Positions 63,701-64,000 of a stretch of DNA of 64,000 bases are shown piece after piece. Origin of the DNA: Chiloscyllium plagiosum (lineage: Eukaryota); NCBI RefSeq assembly GCF_004010195.1, contig NC_057719.1, positions 35,919,041 through 35,983,040 of the forward strand. The letters are read 5' to 3'. A model generated the notes under the pieces. That model worked only from the letters and a program-made list of their open reading frames with translations, ran no database searches and was not told the DNA's origin. Numbering within the stretch: position 1 is the first letter of the stretch; each line of letters opens with the position of its first letter. The position numbers and the translations under genes are program-made.

Positions 63701-64000
63701 GGGGCAGCACGGTGGCTCAATGGTTAGCGCTGATGTCTCACAGCGCCAGGAATCGAAGTTCGATACTAATCTCGGGCGACTGTCTGTGGGGAGTTTGCAC
63801 ATGCTCCCCGTGTCTGTGTGGGTTTCCTCCCACAATCCAAAGATATGCAGGTTAGGTGAAATGGCCATGCTAAATTGCCCATAGTGTTCAAGGATGTGTA
63901 GGTTAGGTGCATTAGGAAGGAGTAAATATAGGATAATAGGGTGGGGGAGTGGGTCTGGATGGGTTACTCTTCAGAGGGTCGGTGTCGACTTGTTGGGCCA
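63701..64000 (+). mobile_element. HE1-type V-SINE running off the window
   Basis: ggggcagcacggtggctcaatggttagc head and V-domain. Confidence 0.9.

Noticed and set aside
1..64000. CRISPR arrays, rRNA or prokaryotic systems
   Set aside because: No regularly spaced repeats or operon structure; the sequence is eukaryotic repeat-rich DNA

Overview
Non-genic, repeat-dense vertebrate DNA, most likely from a shark (inferred from HE1-type V-SINEs with HER1/CR1-type LINE partners and a SacSINE1-like DeuSINE). The assembly has three N gaps. Almost every long ORF is a decayed CR1 LINE fragment. Other relics: a Penelope-like (PLE) RT/GIY-YIG fragment, a Harbinger transposase and Gypsy gag/integrase pieces. 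No host protein-coding gene can be recognised. The only host-like signal is a CpG-enriched unique stretch at ~1.4-2.6 kb, with ETS/IRF/octamer motifs and a possible short minus-strand first coding exon. The most striking structure is a population of short PLE-derived insertions (about 0.1-0.8 kb). Many are fold-back palindromes with their own target-site duplications, and they carry minimal hammerhead-ribozyme motifs (CTGAnGA...GAAA) in four sequence families with co-varying stems. Several junctions also show fold-back and template-switch scars. Family names and element boundaries come from reading by eye, not from database searches.
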